Under the pieces are notes generated by a model that had not been told where the DNA came from, ran no database searches, and was given only the letters and a program-made list of their open reading frames with translations. The translations under genes were made by a program, and so were the position numbers. From the NCBI GenBank assembly GCA_048887065.1, contig JBHLKC010000017.1, positions 1 through 24,000 of the forward strand: DNA of 24,000 nucleotides, in the 5' to 3' direction. This DNA comes from Candidatus Hodarchaeota archaeon (GTDB taxonomy: Archaea > Asgardarchaeota > Heimdallarchaeia > Hodarchaeales > Hodarchaeaceae). Below, piece by piece: positions 1 through 7,811 of this stretch (position 1 is the first letter of the stretch; every line of letters starts with the position of its first letter).

Positions 1-57
1 ATGATGACTGATGTATCAGGGATATAAACTGTATATTCCGAAGTTAGAGAGTATCTT

Positions 58-696
58 TCATTCATCTTTCTCACTTTCAGTATTATTTAGTGCTGATTCA
101 TCTCTATATTCATATTCTAACTCATTTGGTTCAAGTTTCAGTTGAGAAGATTGATAGTATGTTACATCTCCAAGACGGTCTACAACCGAGAGCAGAAGCT
201 TTTTTCGATCGATTTTGGTCTGATTTACAATCTGATCCAAAAAATCTAAGTCAAGATCTTCGCCTTCAGGGATAGGGAATATGACAGTTTTGCTTACGGA
301 TTGACCTGGTTTTCCTCCACGAGAATATATTCGGAATGGAGCAGTGATTTTTGTACCCATTTGTACTACATAACCACGATTTCGTAGATCCTTATAGACA
401 AGATAGCGACTCCAAAAATTCTTTTTTAATTTGGAAAAAATAGTAACAATTTCAGAAGGGGAAATAAGTTCTTTTGATAAAGAATTATAAACTTTGATTC
501 GTCCTCGGTCCATGAGAAGAAGAATTTCTTCTGGTTCTAGCGCAAGAGAATTTTCAGAAACCCATTGGCCAAAATATCCATTTTCAAAGATATTCTGGGC
601 AACAGGATTGCTGATTATCAGAATTGAGCTTTTCATATCATAATAAACTATAGGGATTGAATTATCATCAATCTTAGAATTTTGATCGGAAGACAT
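58..696 (-). CDS. endA: tRNA-splicing (intron) endonuclease EndA-family protein; the catalytic His position is substituted
   Basis: 212-aa ORF with an ATG start. The C-terminal half shows the EndA nuclease-domain pattern RYLVYKDLRNRGYVV...PFRIYSRG...DRKKLLLSVVD...DVTYY. Tyr124 and Lys165 have the same 41-residue spacing as the Tyr115/Lys156 catalytic residues of the M. jannaschii enzyme. The position 10 residues after the Tyr (His125 equivalent) is Val134 (codon 295-297, GTA on the minus strand). The C-terminal tail is acidic. Confidence 0.8.
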   Translation of the reverse strand: MSSDQNSKIDDNSIPIVYYDMKSSILIISNPVAQNIFENGYFGQWVSENSLALEPEEILLLMDRGRIKVYNSLSKELISPSEIVTIFSKLKKNFWSRYLVYKDLRNRGYVVQMGTKITAPFRIYSRGGKPGQSVSKTVIFPIPEGEDLDLDFLDQIVNQTKIDRKKLLLSVVDRLGDVTYYQSSQLKLEPNELEYEYRDESALNNTESEKDE

Positions 697-1044
697 AATG
701 AGCAGGTTCCAAACAGTGACATAATTGACGAGATAAATAACCTTCTCTTGGTATCTCTCAACTATCTAAATAACTGTAGATCTCATTTTTCGCGATATTC
801 CGCAGTTCTATATAAATCAATATAGACCATCTCTATTGTTTGTGAATAGGATAAGATGTTTTTTAGAGAAACACTTGAAGATAATTGTGAAGTACTATTA
901 TTCTTGATAATTAAACAATAAACTCGTCATTATAAGAGAATGGAGGGTTATCCTCAAAAGTACGGAGGATTTAAATCATTTACCGAAAAAGCATCAGGTA
1001 GACGTGTATCAACTGATACAAGTAAGTCCATTTACTATCGCAAT

Positions 1045-1060
1045 ATTATTCTATATTGAA
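1045..1060 (+). promoter_or_regulatory. Candidate TATA-like box upstream of rpl3
   Basis: ATTATTCTATATTGAA lies about 25-35 nt upstream of the rpl3 ATG (1083). This would imply a very short leader. The call rests on sequence pattern only, in an AT-rich background. Confidence 0.3.
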
Positions 1061-1082
1061 CAGAGATAAGTGAGTGTAAGCA

Positions 1083-2090
1083 ATGGGTCATCGAAAAAAA
1101 CATGCACCCCACCGTGGTTCACTTGGTTACAAACGGAAAAGAGCGAGAAGACATACAGCTCGATGGAGGACTTGGCCTAGTTCAGATAAGTCTTCTAAAC
1201 CAAGACTGTTAGGATTTGCAGGTTATAAAGCGGGTATGACACATCTTGCTATGGTGAATACCGATAAAAGGTCCCCATTTTACAAACAGGAACAATTTAT
1301 TCCAGTAACAATACTTGAAACACCCCCAATAATGATATTTAGCATAAAAATATATAAAAGAAATCCAATCGGGAATGAAATGCATACTTTGACCCAGTTA
1401 TGGGGAAAGAAAATTAATAAAGATTTAGAACGACGGATCAAGATCCCTAAGGAAAAGCAAGAACAAAAGCAACTAATTGAGGATATAAGAAAAACACTCA
1501 ACGAAATCGTTGAAATACGCGTTTTGGCTCACACTTTACCAAGGGAAGCAGGTTTACCACAAAAAACCCCAGATATAATGGAAATTAAGGTAGGAGGATC
1601 AGTTAATGAAGCATTTGAGTATGCTTTGGAAATTCTGGATAAAAAGATTGATCTGGAAGAAGTCTATGGACCTAGTGTCTTTGTAGACGTTAATGCTACA
1701 ACAAAGGGAAAGGGATTTGCAGGTCCCGTTAAAAGACACGGAATAAAGATACTTCCACGTAAAACAAGAAAAGGAAGACGGGTTGTTGGATGTATTGGTC
1801 CTTGGCATCCAGCTAGGGTGATGTGGACAGTACCAAGAGCAGGACAGCTAGGTTATTTTGCACGAACAGAATATAATAAGCAAATCTTGAAAATTGGCGA
1901 AGATGGAGAAGAAGTAACTCCCACTAGCGGATTCAAACGGTACGGAAAGGTGGGAAAACATTGTGTGATTCGGGGAAGTGTCCCAGGGTCAACAAAACGA
2001 TTAATCAGATTGAGAGACTCAATCAGACCGAAACCAAAAGCGATTGAAGATATTCAAATTACCTTTATCAGTACAATTGCGAAAAACTAG
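1083..2090 (+). CDS. rpl3: 50S ribosomal protein uL3
   Basis: 335-aa ORF. The N-terminus MGHRKKHAPHRGSLGY and the motifs FAGYKAGMTH, TKGKGFAGPVKRHG and GQLGYFARTEYNK are typical of archaeal L3. It is the first gene of the L3-L4-L23-L2 order. Confidence 0.97.
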   Translation: MGHRKKHAPHRGSLGYKRKRARRHTARWRTWPSSDKSSKPRLLGFAGYKAGMTHLAMVNTDKRSPFYKQEQFIPVTILETPPIMIFSIKIYKRNPIGNEMHTLTQLWGKKINKDLERRIKIPKEKQEQKQLIEDIRKTLNEIVEIRVLAHTLPREAGLPQKTPDIMEIKVGGSVNEAFEYALEILDKKIDLEEVYGPSVFVDVNATTKGKGFAGPVKRHGIKILPRKTRKGRRVVGCIGPWHPARVMWTVPRAGQLGYFARTEYNKQILKIGEDGEEVTPTSGFKRYGKVGKHCVIRGSVPGSTKRLIRLRDSIRPKPKAIEDIQITFISTIAKN

Positions 2091-2108
2091 GTTCAAGGGG
2101 TATGAAAT

Positions 2109-2906
2109 ATGAGTTCTTCAAAGGTTCCATTTTTTAATTTAGATGGTAAGGAAATTGGAAAAATGAAAGTCGACTCGGTATTCTCGACTCCTTTTCGTCC
2201 TGATGTGATAAAAAGAGCTGTCTTAGCTAGCCGTAGAAATCGACAGATTCCTTATGGAGTTGATCCACGTGCTGGAAAAAAGACTTCAGCAGAAAGTTGG
2301 GGAACTGGCCGTGGGGCAGCAAGAATTCCGAGAGTAAAAGGCTCACGTACACATTCAGCTAGTCGTGGTGCTTTTGTACCGTTTGTTGTAGGAGGTCGAC
2401 GTACGCACCCTCCTGATGGAAAACAAAACTTTAAGGAGAAAGTTAACAAAAAGGAGCGTATTTTAGCTAGAAAATCAGCAATTGCAGCAACAAGCAATCC
2501 AATATTGGTTGAATCAAGAGGTCATATCATCGAAGAAATAGAGAATTTGCCTCTAATTGTATCAGATGACTTTGAATCCTTAAAAAAGACTCAAGAAGTC
2601 CAGAAGGCTTTTAAAAATTTAGGATTATCATTTGATTTAGCAAAAGCTAAACGAAGAAATTCTCAAATTCGACCAGGTAAAGGAAAAAGACGTGGGAGGA
2701 AATATAAGGGAGGTAAATCAGTACTGGTAGTCGTTACTTACGATCACGGAGTATGTTCTGCTGCTAGAAATATACCTGGAGTTGATATAGTAAAAGTTGA
2801 TCAATTAAATATTGAACATCTTGCCCCTGGAACACATGCTGGAAGATTAACAGTATGGACAAAATCTGCAATTGAATTTCTTAAGGAGCAGGATTCAGCA
2901 CAGTGA
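2109..2906 (+). CDS. rpl4: 50S ribosomal protein uL4
   Basis: 265-aa ORF with an SD-like AAGGGGT 8-14 nt upstream. It shows archaeal L4 features ([36 protein letters not shown]). Its position is conserved between L3 and L23. Confidence 0.95.
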   Translation: MSSSKVPFFNLDGKEIGKMKVDSVFSTPFRPDVIKRAVLASRRNRQIPYGVDPRAGKKTSAESWGTGRGAARIPRVKGSRTHSASRGAFVPFVVGGRRTHPPDGKQNFKEKVNKKERILARKSAIAATSNPILVESRGHIIEEIENLPLIVSDDFESLKKTQEVQKAFKNLGLSFDLAKAKRRNSQIRPGKGKRRGRKYKGGKSVLVVVTYDHGVCSAARNIPGVDIVKVDQLNIEHLAPGTHAGRLTVWTKSAIEFLKEQDSAQ

Positions 2907-2920
2907 GATGTGAAATCAAG

Positions 2921-3196
2921 ATGAAGTTTAGACAACTGCAGGATATAATTAAATATCCGTTAATAACAGAAGCAGCTTTTAATAAAATGGATAATATTAA
3001 CGAAAATGCTCTTGTTTTTATCGTTGATCGTCGTGCAACAAAACACGAAATTAAACATGCGTTTGAAACTCTTTACAAAGTAAAAGTAATAAAAGTAAAC
3101 ACTCTTATAACTCCACTTGGTAAAAAGAAGGCTTTTATAAAGCTATCATCGGACTATAATGCATTAGACTTGGCAACAGAAGTTGGAATAATATAG
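2921..3196 (+). CDS. rpl23: 50S ribosomal protein uL23
   Basis: The ORF track begins at GTG 2903, overlapping the L4 stop (GTGA). The in-frame ATG at 2921 ([20 protein letters not shown]...) gives a typical ~91-aa L23 ([19 protein letters not shown]...[18 protein letters not shown]). The true start, 2903 or 2921, is unresolved. Confidence 0.9.
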   Translation: MKFRQLQDIIKYPLITEAAFNKMDNINENALVFIVDRRATKHEIKHAFETLYKVKVIKVNTLITPLGKKKAFIKLSSDYNALDLATEVGII

Positions 3197-3208
3197 TAGG
3201 TATTTAAG

Positions 3209-3952
3209 ATGGGAAAACGAATACTGGTGCAACGTCGTGGTAGAGGCTCCCCTGCTTTCCGTTCACTTTCACATCGGAAACGTGGAAAAGCTCGATATTT
3301 ACCTATAAAGGAAAAAGAAAAGGAAAATAGGGTTGAGTTTACAATTATCGATTTTATTCATGAACGGGGTCGAGGGGTGCCTTTAATGCTCGTAAAATAT
3401 GAAGATGGAAGTGAATGTTTCCTTCCTGCTCCTGAAGGTGTTCATGTAGGTCAAAAATTTGAACAAGGCTTAAATGCTGCATTAGAGGTTGGAAATATTC
3501 TTCCTGTTCACAAAATTCCTGAAGGGACATGGATTTGTAATGTAGAAATGCGACCTGGTGATGGAGGAACTTTATGTCGAGCATCAGGAACACATGCTTT
3601 AATTAGGGGGCAGTCTAAAGAGGGTTCAGGGATAGAATTACCTTCCAGATACACAAAAACCGTTCATCGGGATGCTCGTGCAATGATCGGTATTATTGCA
3701 GCGGGTGGAAGACCCGACCGTCCGTTCTTAAAAGCAGGTTTGAAAAGAGCGTATATGAGGGCAAAAGGACACAAATCCTTCCCTGTAGTCAGAGGAGTAG
3801 CAATGAACGCTGCCTCACACCCCCACGGTGGTGGTGCGCACCAGGGACCCGGTCAGCCAACAACTGTTTCCAGAAATGCTCCCCCAGGAAGAAAAGTTGG
3901 TTTGATCGCAGCTCGCCGTACGGGTCTTAGACGTGGTCGGATCCGCCGTTAA
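3209..3952 (+). CDS. rpl2: 50S ribosomal protein uL2
   Basis: 247-aa ORF with MGKRILVQRRGRGS..., GTWICNVEMRPGDGG and VRGVAMNAASHPHGGGAHQGPG, which is a canonical L2 C-terminal region. Confidence 0.97.
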   Translation: MGKRILVQRRGRGSPAFRSLSHRKRGKARYLPIKEKEKENRVEFTIIDFIHERGRGVPLMLVKYEDGSECFLPAPEGVHVGQKFEQGLNAALEVGNILPVHKIPEGTWICNVEMRPGDGGTLCRASGTHALIRGQSKEGSGIELPSRYTKTVHRDARAMIGIIAAGGRPDRPFLKAGLKRAYMRAKGHKSFPVVRGVAMNAASHPHGGGAHQGPGQPTTVSRNAPPGRKVGLIAARRTGLRRGRIRR

Positions 3953-4009
3953 GTTTATCATAAGATCTTCAAGAATTAACCTTCTGGAAAAATAACCAAG
4001 AATATCTGC

Positions 4010-4024
4010 TTTTTTTCAATTTTT
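4010..4024 (+). terminator. Candidate oligo-T transcription terminator after rpl2
   Basis: A T7 run (4010-4016) and a T5 run (4020-4024) lie about 60 nt downstream of the rpl2 stop. Archaeal RNA polymerase terminates at oligo-T tracts. The next feature is convergent. Confidence 0.35.
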
Positions 4025-4098
4025 CCAAAAATTCGGTACAGGGAAAAGAATTTAAACGAATAGAAAACTTAGAATGCTTTGAAAATTAAATGGAGTGA

Positions 4099-4213
4099 TG
4101 CGGGGGGTGAGATTTGAACTCACGAAACGCTATCGTAATAGATGACTCACTATGAGATGTTGTTGCAATAAGTCTTGAGTCTATCCCCGTTGACCTGGCT
4201 AGGGTACCCCCGC
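4099..4213 (-). tRNA. tRNA-Leu(CAA) with a 30-nt intron at the canonical 37/38 position (intron 4144-4173)
   Basis: The reverse complement reads GCGGGGG-TA-CCCTAGCCAGGTCAACGGGG-ATAGA-CTCAAG[30 nt]A-TCTAT-TACGATAGCGTTTC-GTGAGTTCAAATCTCAC-CCCCCGC-A. It has a 7-bp acceptor stem, a class II long variable arm, a T-arm with a TTCAAAT loop, and anticodon CAA. A hand-folded BHB has central helix CTCA/TGAG flanked by 3-nt bulges AGA and TCA. No CCA is encoded. Confidence 0.85.
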
Positions 4214-4378
4214 GGCCATTCAATGTTTTTCACGAGGAGACAATTTTTTACTTATTTTCAGTTTTAACTTATACTAATTTTTTTTTAAATTTTAGTTTAG
4301 ATCAAAGTCGTAAAATTTAGATTTTTATTTTTTGCTTTATTCTTTCGATTTTTCAATTACACCATTCTTCAAAGTAAT

Positions 4379-5221
4379 CTAGGATTCTTTTAGTCGATCT
4401 TCGAGCTTACTAAATGTGATCATCATTGCTTCTTCCAATCGGAGTGAGCGTGTTCCGTAGTTTGATGTCATTATATTGAAGCAGGCATCAAATATATCAC
4501 TAATCTTTTTTCCTTCTGATTTGGTCATCTCTGGAATTCCTTTGTATGGCCCTCCAAAAGCAATTATAAGATGCCTACTTTTTAAATTCCCAATAGAAAA
4601 TTGTTTTATTGGTTGACACGATCTAGAAGTAGCTATTTTCATTTCTCGTCTGTTACTAAGCAATTTAAAAATTGTTGTTGCTGAAGAATGAACCGAGTAC
4701 CCCCAATATTTATCTGTGGGGGGAGACGGTAAAGCAATTGCTTTAAAGTTACCGTTAGTTTTTATAATTTTTATTGTTGTACGGATTGTACGATTCATTA
4801 AAGGTTTATTAGGCGGGGAAATGACCTCCAGAAGGTGAGTTGCTCCCACGTCCGCTAATACTCTCCCCTGATTGAGAAAAATCGCAGCCTCGCGAATTTC
4901 ATTAGGTTTCAACTCCTTAGATCTTATATGGTGGGGGATAGCTAGAGGAGATAGAGCGCCAACCGCAGCAGTGTCTCGAGAGATGGGAAATAATCTTTTT
5001 CTAAGGTATTGAGGACATTCAAGGTATTGGAGTATTCTTTTAATGATCCGTCGTTCACGATTGGCCCGAACAGGCTTTAGAAATGGATCGTGATATATTA
5101 AAATTTCTTTGATTTGAAAAATTGCTGCAATTCGTGCAAATTGGAAAATCTTTTCGGTCTTTGACCGAATATCAGAACAGTCACTAACAGCAGAATCAGG
5201 GATGGCTACAGATAATTGCAA
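4379..5221 (-). CDS. SPOUT-superfamily putative RNA methyltransferase (DUF171 / COG2106, MTH1- and C9orf114-like)
   Basis: 280-aa ORF with a TTG start. The N-terminus LSVAIPDSAVSDCSDIRSKTEKIFQFARIAAIFQIKEILIY matches the characteristic start of the DUF171 family. The C-terminus contains FGGPYKGIPE and LRLEEAMMITFSKL, which are knot-region-like. The assignment is by recalled family pattern, not by search. Confidence 0.65.
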   Translation of the reverse strand: MQLSVAIPDSAVSDCSDIRSKTEKIFQFARIAAIFQIKEILIYHDPFLKPVRANRERRIIKRILQYLECPQYLRKRLFPISRDTAAVGALSPLAIPHHIRSKELKPNEIREAAIFLNQGRVLADVGATHLLEVISPPNKPLMNRTIRTTIKIIKTNGNFKAIALPSPPTDKYWGYSVHSSATTIFKLLSNRREMKIATSRSCQPIKQFSIGNLKSRHLIIAFGGPYKGIPEMTKSEGKKISDIFDACFNIMTSNYGTRSLRLEEAMMITFSKLEDRLKES

Positions 5222-5266
5222 CTCTAAAATTCACTTCTTAATCTGTCTAGCGCCAAATGTTAAAGT

Positions 5267-6151
5267 TCAAGTTATTTTATTGTCATAGAAATCGACATAA
5301 GCACTGATAATAGCTTTTTGGTTGATTATTCCAAGAAGATCTCCACTTGCTCCGACTACAGGAAGTTGGTCAATTTGCTTTTGCACCATTTTTCTTGAAA
5401 CCTCGTTTATTGTGCTACCAAGATAACAAATTTCGATATTTCGTTCCATTATCTCACTAACTTTCATATTAGAAGGTAGTGTGAGAGTCTTTGAGCCAAT
5501 AATCAACACTGATTCACTGTCCCAAGAAGAGCTATCATTTTCAGTTCCGTGCCCTGTACGACTTTTTTGTTGTGAATCAAGTATTTCTGCTACCTTAAGA
5601 AAGTCGTGTTGAGTGATTATCCCTATCATCCGAGTTTGATTGATAACAGGAATTCCTTTCTGATGACATAATCGAAGTATTTTTGCTGCAACTGGGAGTG
5701 GAGTTGCTTCCCAAATTGTTGTGACATTTTTATTACAATAATTCTCAATATCAGTTTGAATTTTAGCTGGTACAATGACCTTTTTGACAATATCACTTCT
5801 GGATATTAATCCACAAAGCTTATTTTCTTCTTTTTCGTCAACAATTGGAATTCTCTGAAAAACTTCTTTGCAAAAAATTCTCGCTGCTGAAATAACAGTG
5901 TCTGTTTGCTTTAATGTAACAATATTTCGTTGCATTAATAAAGAGAGTTGTGTTTCATCTGGATTTTTGAAAAGATCTGACCTAGAAACTACTCCCACAA
6001 GAGAATCAGAATCTTTTTTTAAAACAGGGTAAACACTATGTCCTGTTTTAAGGATTGTATCTAAGAGAATCTCACGATTTCCTGGAATGTTCATTGTAAT
6101 GAGATTCTCTCTCTTTGTCATAATCTTGGAGATTGGAATATCCTTTTCCAT
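5267..6151 (-). CDS. CBS-domain protein (four CBS repeats = two Bateman modules)
   Basis: 294-aa ORF with four recognisable repeats. Each ends in a hydrophobic-G-(I/V)-(I/V)-(S/T)-x-x-D motif (LVGVVSRSDLF, LCGLISRSDIV, MIGIITQHDFL, LLGIINQKAII). No additional catalytic domain is evident. Confidence 0.8.
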   Translation of the reverse strand: MEKDIPISKIMTKRENLITMNIPGNREILLDTILKTGHSVYPVLKKDSDSLVGVVSRSDLFKNPDETQLSLLMQRNIVTLKQTDTVISAARIFCKEVFQRIPIVDEKEENKLCGLISRSDIVKKVIVPAKIQTDIENYCNKNVTTIWEATPLPVAAKILRLCHQKGIPVINQTRMIGIITQHDFLKVAEILDSQQKSRTGHGTENDSSSWDSESVLIIGSKTLTLPSNMKVSEIMERNIEICYLGSTINEVSRKMVQKQIDQLPVVGASGDLLGIINQKAIISAYVDFYDNKIT

Positions 6152-6239
6152 TTGTTTTTACCTGATCTTCATTTTTTTTCTTTAAAAGGATTTCAGCTTA
6201 AATACATCTTTCCCCGAATCATAAACACAAAAAGAATAT

Positions 6240-6425
6240 CTATGCATTAAGTTGAAGGAGATTTAAGATCAATATTAAAGCAACAAAAGCTATTGCTATT
6301 GCTAATGTCCAATAAGGGCCTATCTTTAATCCTGGTGAATCTGATTCGGAATAAAATCGAATTAATCCTGCTCCAGTAGCAGGCATCGGGGATTCATCTT
6401 TTTTCTTTGCTTTTCTAACGCTCAA
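6240..6425 (-). CDS. secG: Protein translocase subunit Sec61-beta (archaeal SecG)
   Basis: 61-aa ORF with a basic N-terminus, PATGAGLIRFYSE (the conserved AGLIRY-type motif), then a single C-terminal TM helix (WTLAIAIAFVALILILNLL). The start is either TTG 6425 or an ATG 13 codons downstream. Confidence 0.7.
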   Translation of the reverse strand: MSVRKAKKKDESPMPATGAGLIRFYSESDSPGLKIGPYWTLAIAIAFVALILILNLLQLNA

Positions 6426-6833
6426 TCCTGATTACTTTCCTTATTTTTCATATTTATAAACAGAATATGCCTCTATGAGAGTATACTATTTGTTTTTGAC
6501 TTTGCTGCAAGTAATTTTTTACCTTTCCATTTTTACAATCATCATATAAGTGCCGTTATTTAAAAGTACTTCCACAATTGTCCATTAAACTTTTGGAAAA
6601 AATAAAAGCTTTAACTGTCAAGAAGGATCATTAAAGGATTTTAGGTGATTTTTATGAATTTAAATAAAAAAATACACTTTGTTTCCAAAAATTAAATGAA
6701 TTAATTAAGCACTCCTTGAAATTGCATTATTGAATGAGAGAAATATCAAAATCATTGTGAAAGTTTTATTACATTCGTATCTAAAAACAGAAATCCTTTG
6801 TTCTAATTAATAAGAAAAGAAGAGTGAGTGTTC

Positions 6834-7580
6834 TTAAAAAAACTGACTGTATAATTTATTAACTCTCCACCACATGTAATCAAGCCAATCAGCAAATTGA
6901 TCAATTATCGGTACACCCATTTTTTCAATGATGAATGCAAATACAATAGTACCAAAAAATCCAATAACTTTTGAAGATACATCATGAGCCCAATAAAAAG
7001 CTGTTTCTGAATCCAATTGGAATTGTGTTACTAGAAATGAAACACACCATAAATGGAATGTGATGCGTAATGCATTACCAATGAATAATGCTAGAAAGAA
7101 AACAAGACTTGCACGAATTTTTGAAGTCCACGGTGCTTCGGATACAATGATAATTGCTATTAATAATCCTCCAGCCTGCATTCCTGTACAAGCTTTAACA
7201 ATCCAATAATCTCCATTTGTCCCTGGAATGTGAATTCCAGGAGTTTGGATTGTAGCTTCTAAAAATGGGAAAGCACCACCTCTTAAATCTTCTGGAATAA
7301 CAGAGCTAGGATTAGCTGTAGGGATAATTGAGTTTTCTATTCCAAGAAATCGCAACAGTGTACTTATAATGTCTCTGGTAGGGATTTCTAGAAACACCCA
7401 ATCAGGAACAGTATAAATTAGGAATGTAATAATGATGGCAATCGCCAATGTTGATAGCATTAGCTTATCATTGTGAAATCGTTTTGTTTGAGAAATCGTT
7501 ACATCAGATTTAATCTCTTCATCAGTTTTTGAACCTAAAGCGTGTCCTGGAGTGGATATGGTCTGTGTATCACTTGTCAT
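6834..7580 (-). CDS. Archaeosortase/exosortase-family integral membrane protein
   Basis: 248-aa polytopic membrane ORF. The three signature elements of the exosortase/archaeosortase family occur in order: Cys in VKACTGMQAGG, Arg in FIGNALRITF, and His in YWAHDVSSKVIGFFG. The subfamily (ArtA-G) cannot be assigned by eye. Confidence 0.65.
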   Translation of the reverse strand: MTSDTQTISTPGHALGSKTDEEIKSDVTISQTKRFHNDKLMLSTLAIAIIITFLIYTVPDWVFLEIPTRDIISTLLRFLGIENSIIPTANPSSVIPEDLRGGAFPFLEATIQTPGIHIPGTNGDYWIVKACTGMQAGGLLIAIIIVSEAPWTSKIRASLVFFLALFIGNALRITFHLWCVSFLVTQFQLDSETAFYWAHDVSSKVIGFFGTIVFAFIIEKMGVPIIDQFADWLDYMWWRVNKLYSQFF

Positions 7581-7811
7581 TATAGTTTCTCTCTTCGATT
7601 TTGAATATCTAAAATAAAAGTTTCAAGAATTTCTGTTTTGATCAGTTTGTTTTCGTAATACTTTCTAAATGTTGTCATCTCTGAAAAAATATTAAACTGA
7701 TCCTGCTTAAAATGCTTTTTCTTCGAATTATTATAAAACCTTCACTTTAAATCTTACAAAACAAAGGAAGGCCTTTCAGTTTTGTTTAAATGTTCTTTTA
7801 AAAAGAGGATT

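Noticed and set aside
1-57. ATGATGA immediately followed by CTGA at the window edge (positions 1-11), considered as C/D-box sRNA elements.
   Set aside because: The C and D boxes are adjacent with no guide spacer. There is no second box pair or terminal stem, and the region is truncated by the window edge.
940-1059. 39-codon ORF (MEGYPQKYGGFKSFTEKASGRRVS...) just upstream of rpl3.
   Set aside because: It has no convincing ribosome-binding site and no recognisable family. It overlaps the candidate rpl3 promoter. The evidence is insufficient to call a small protein.
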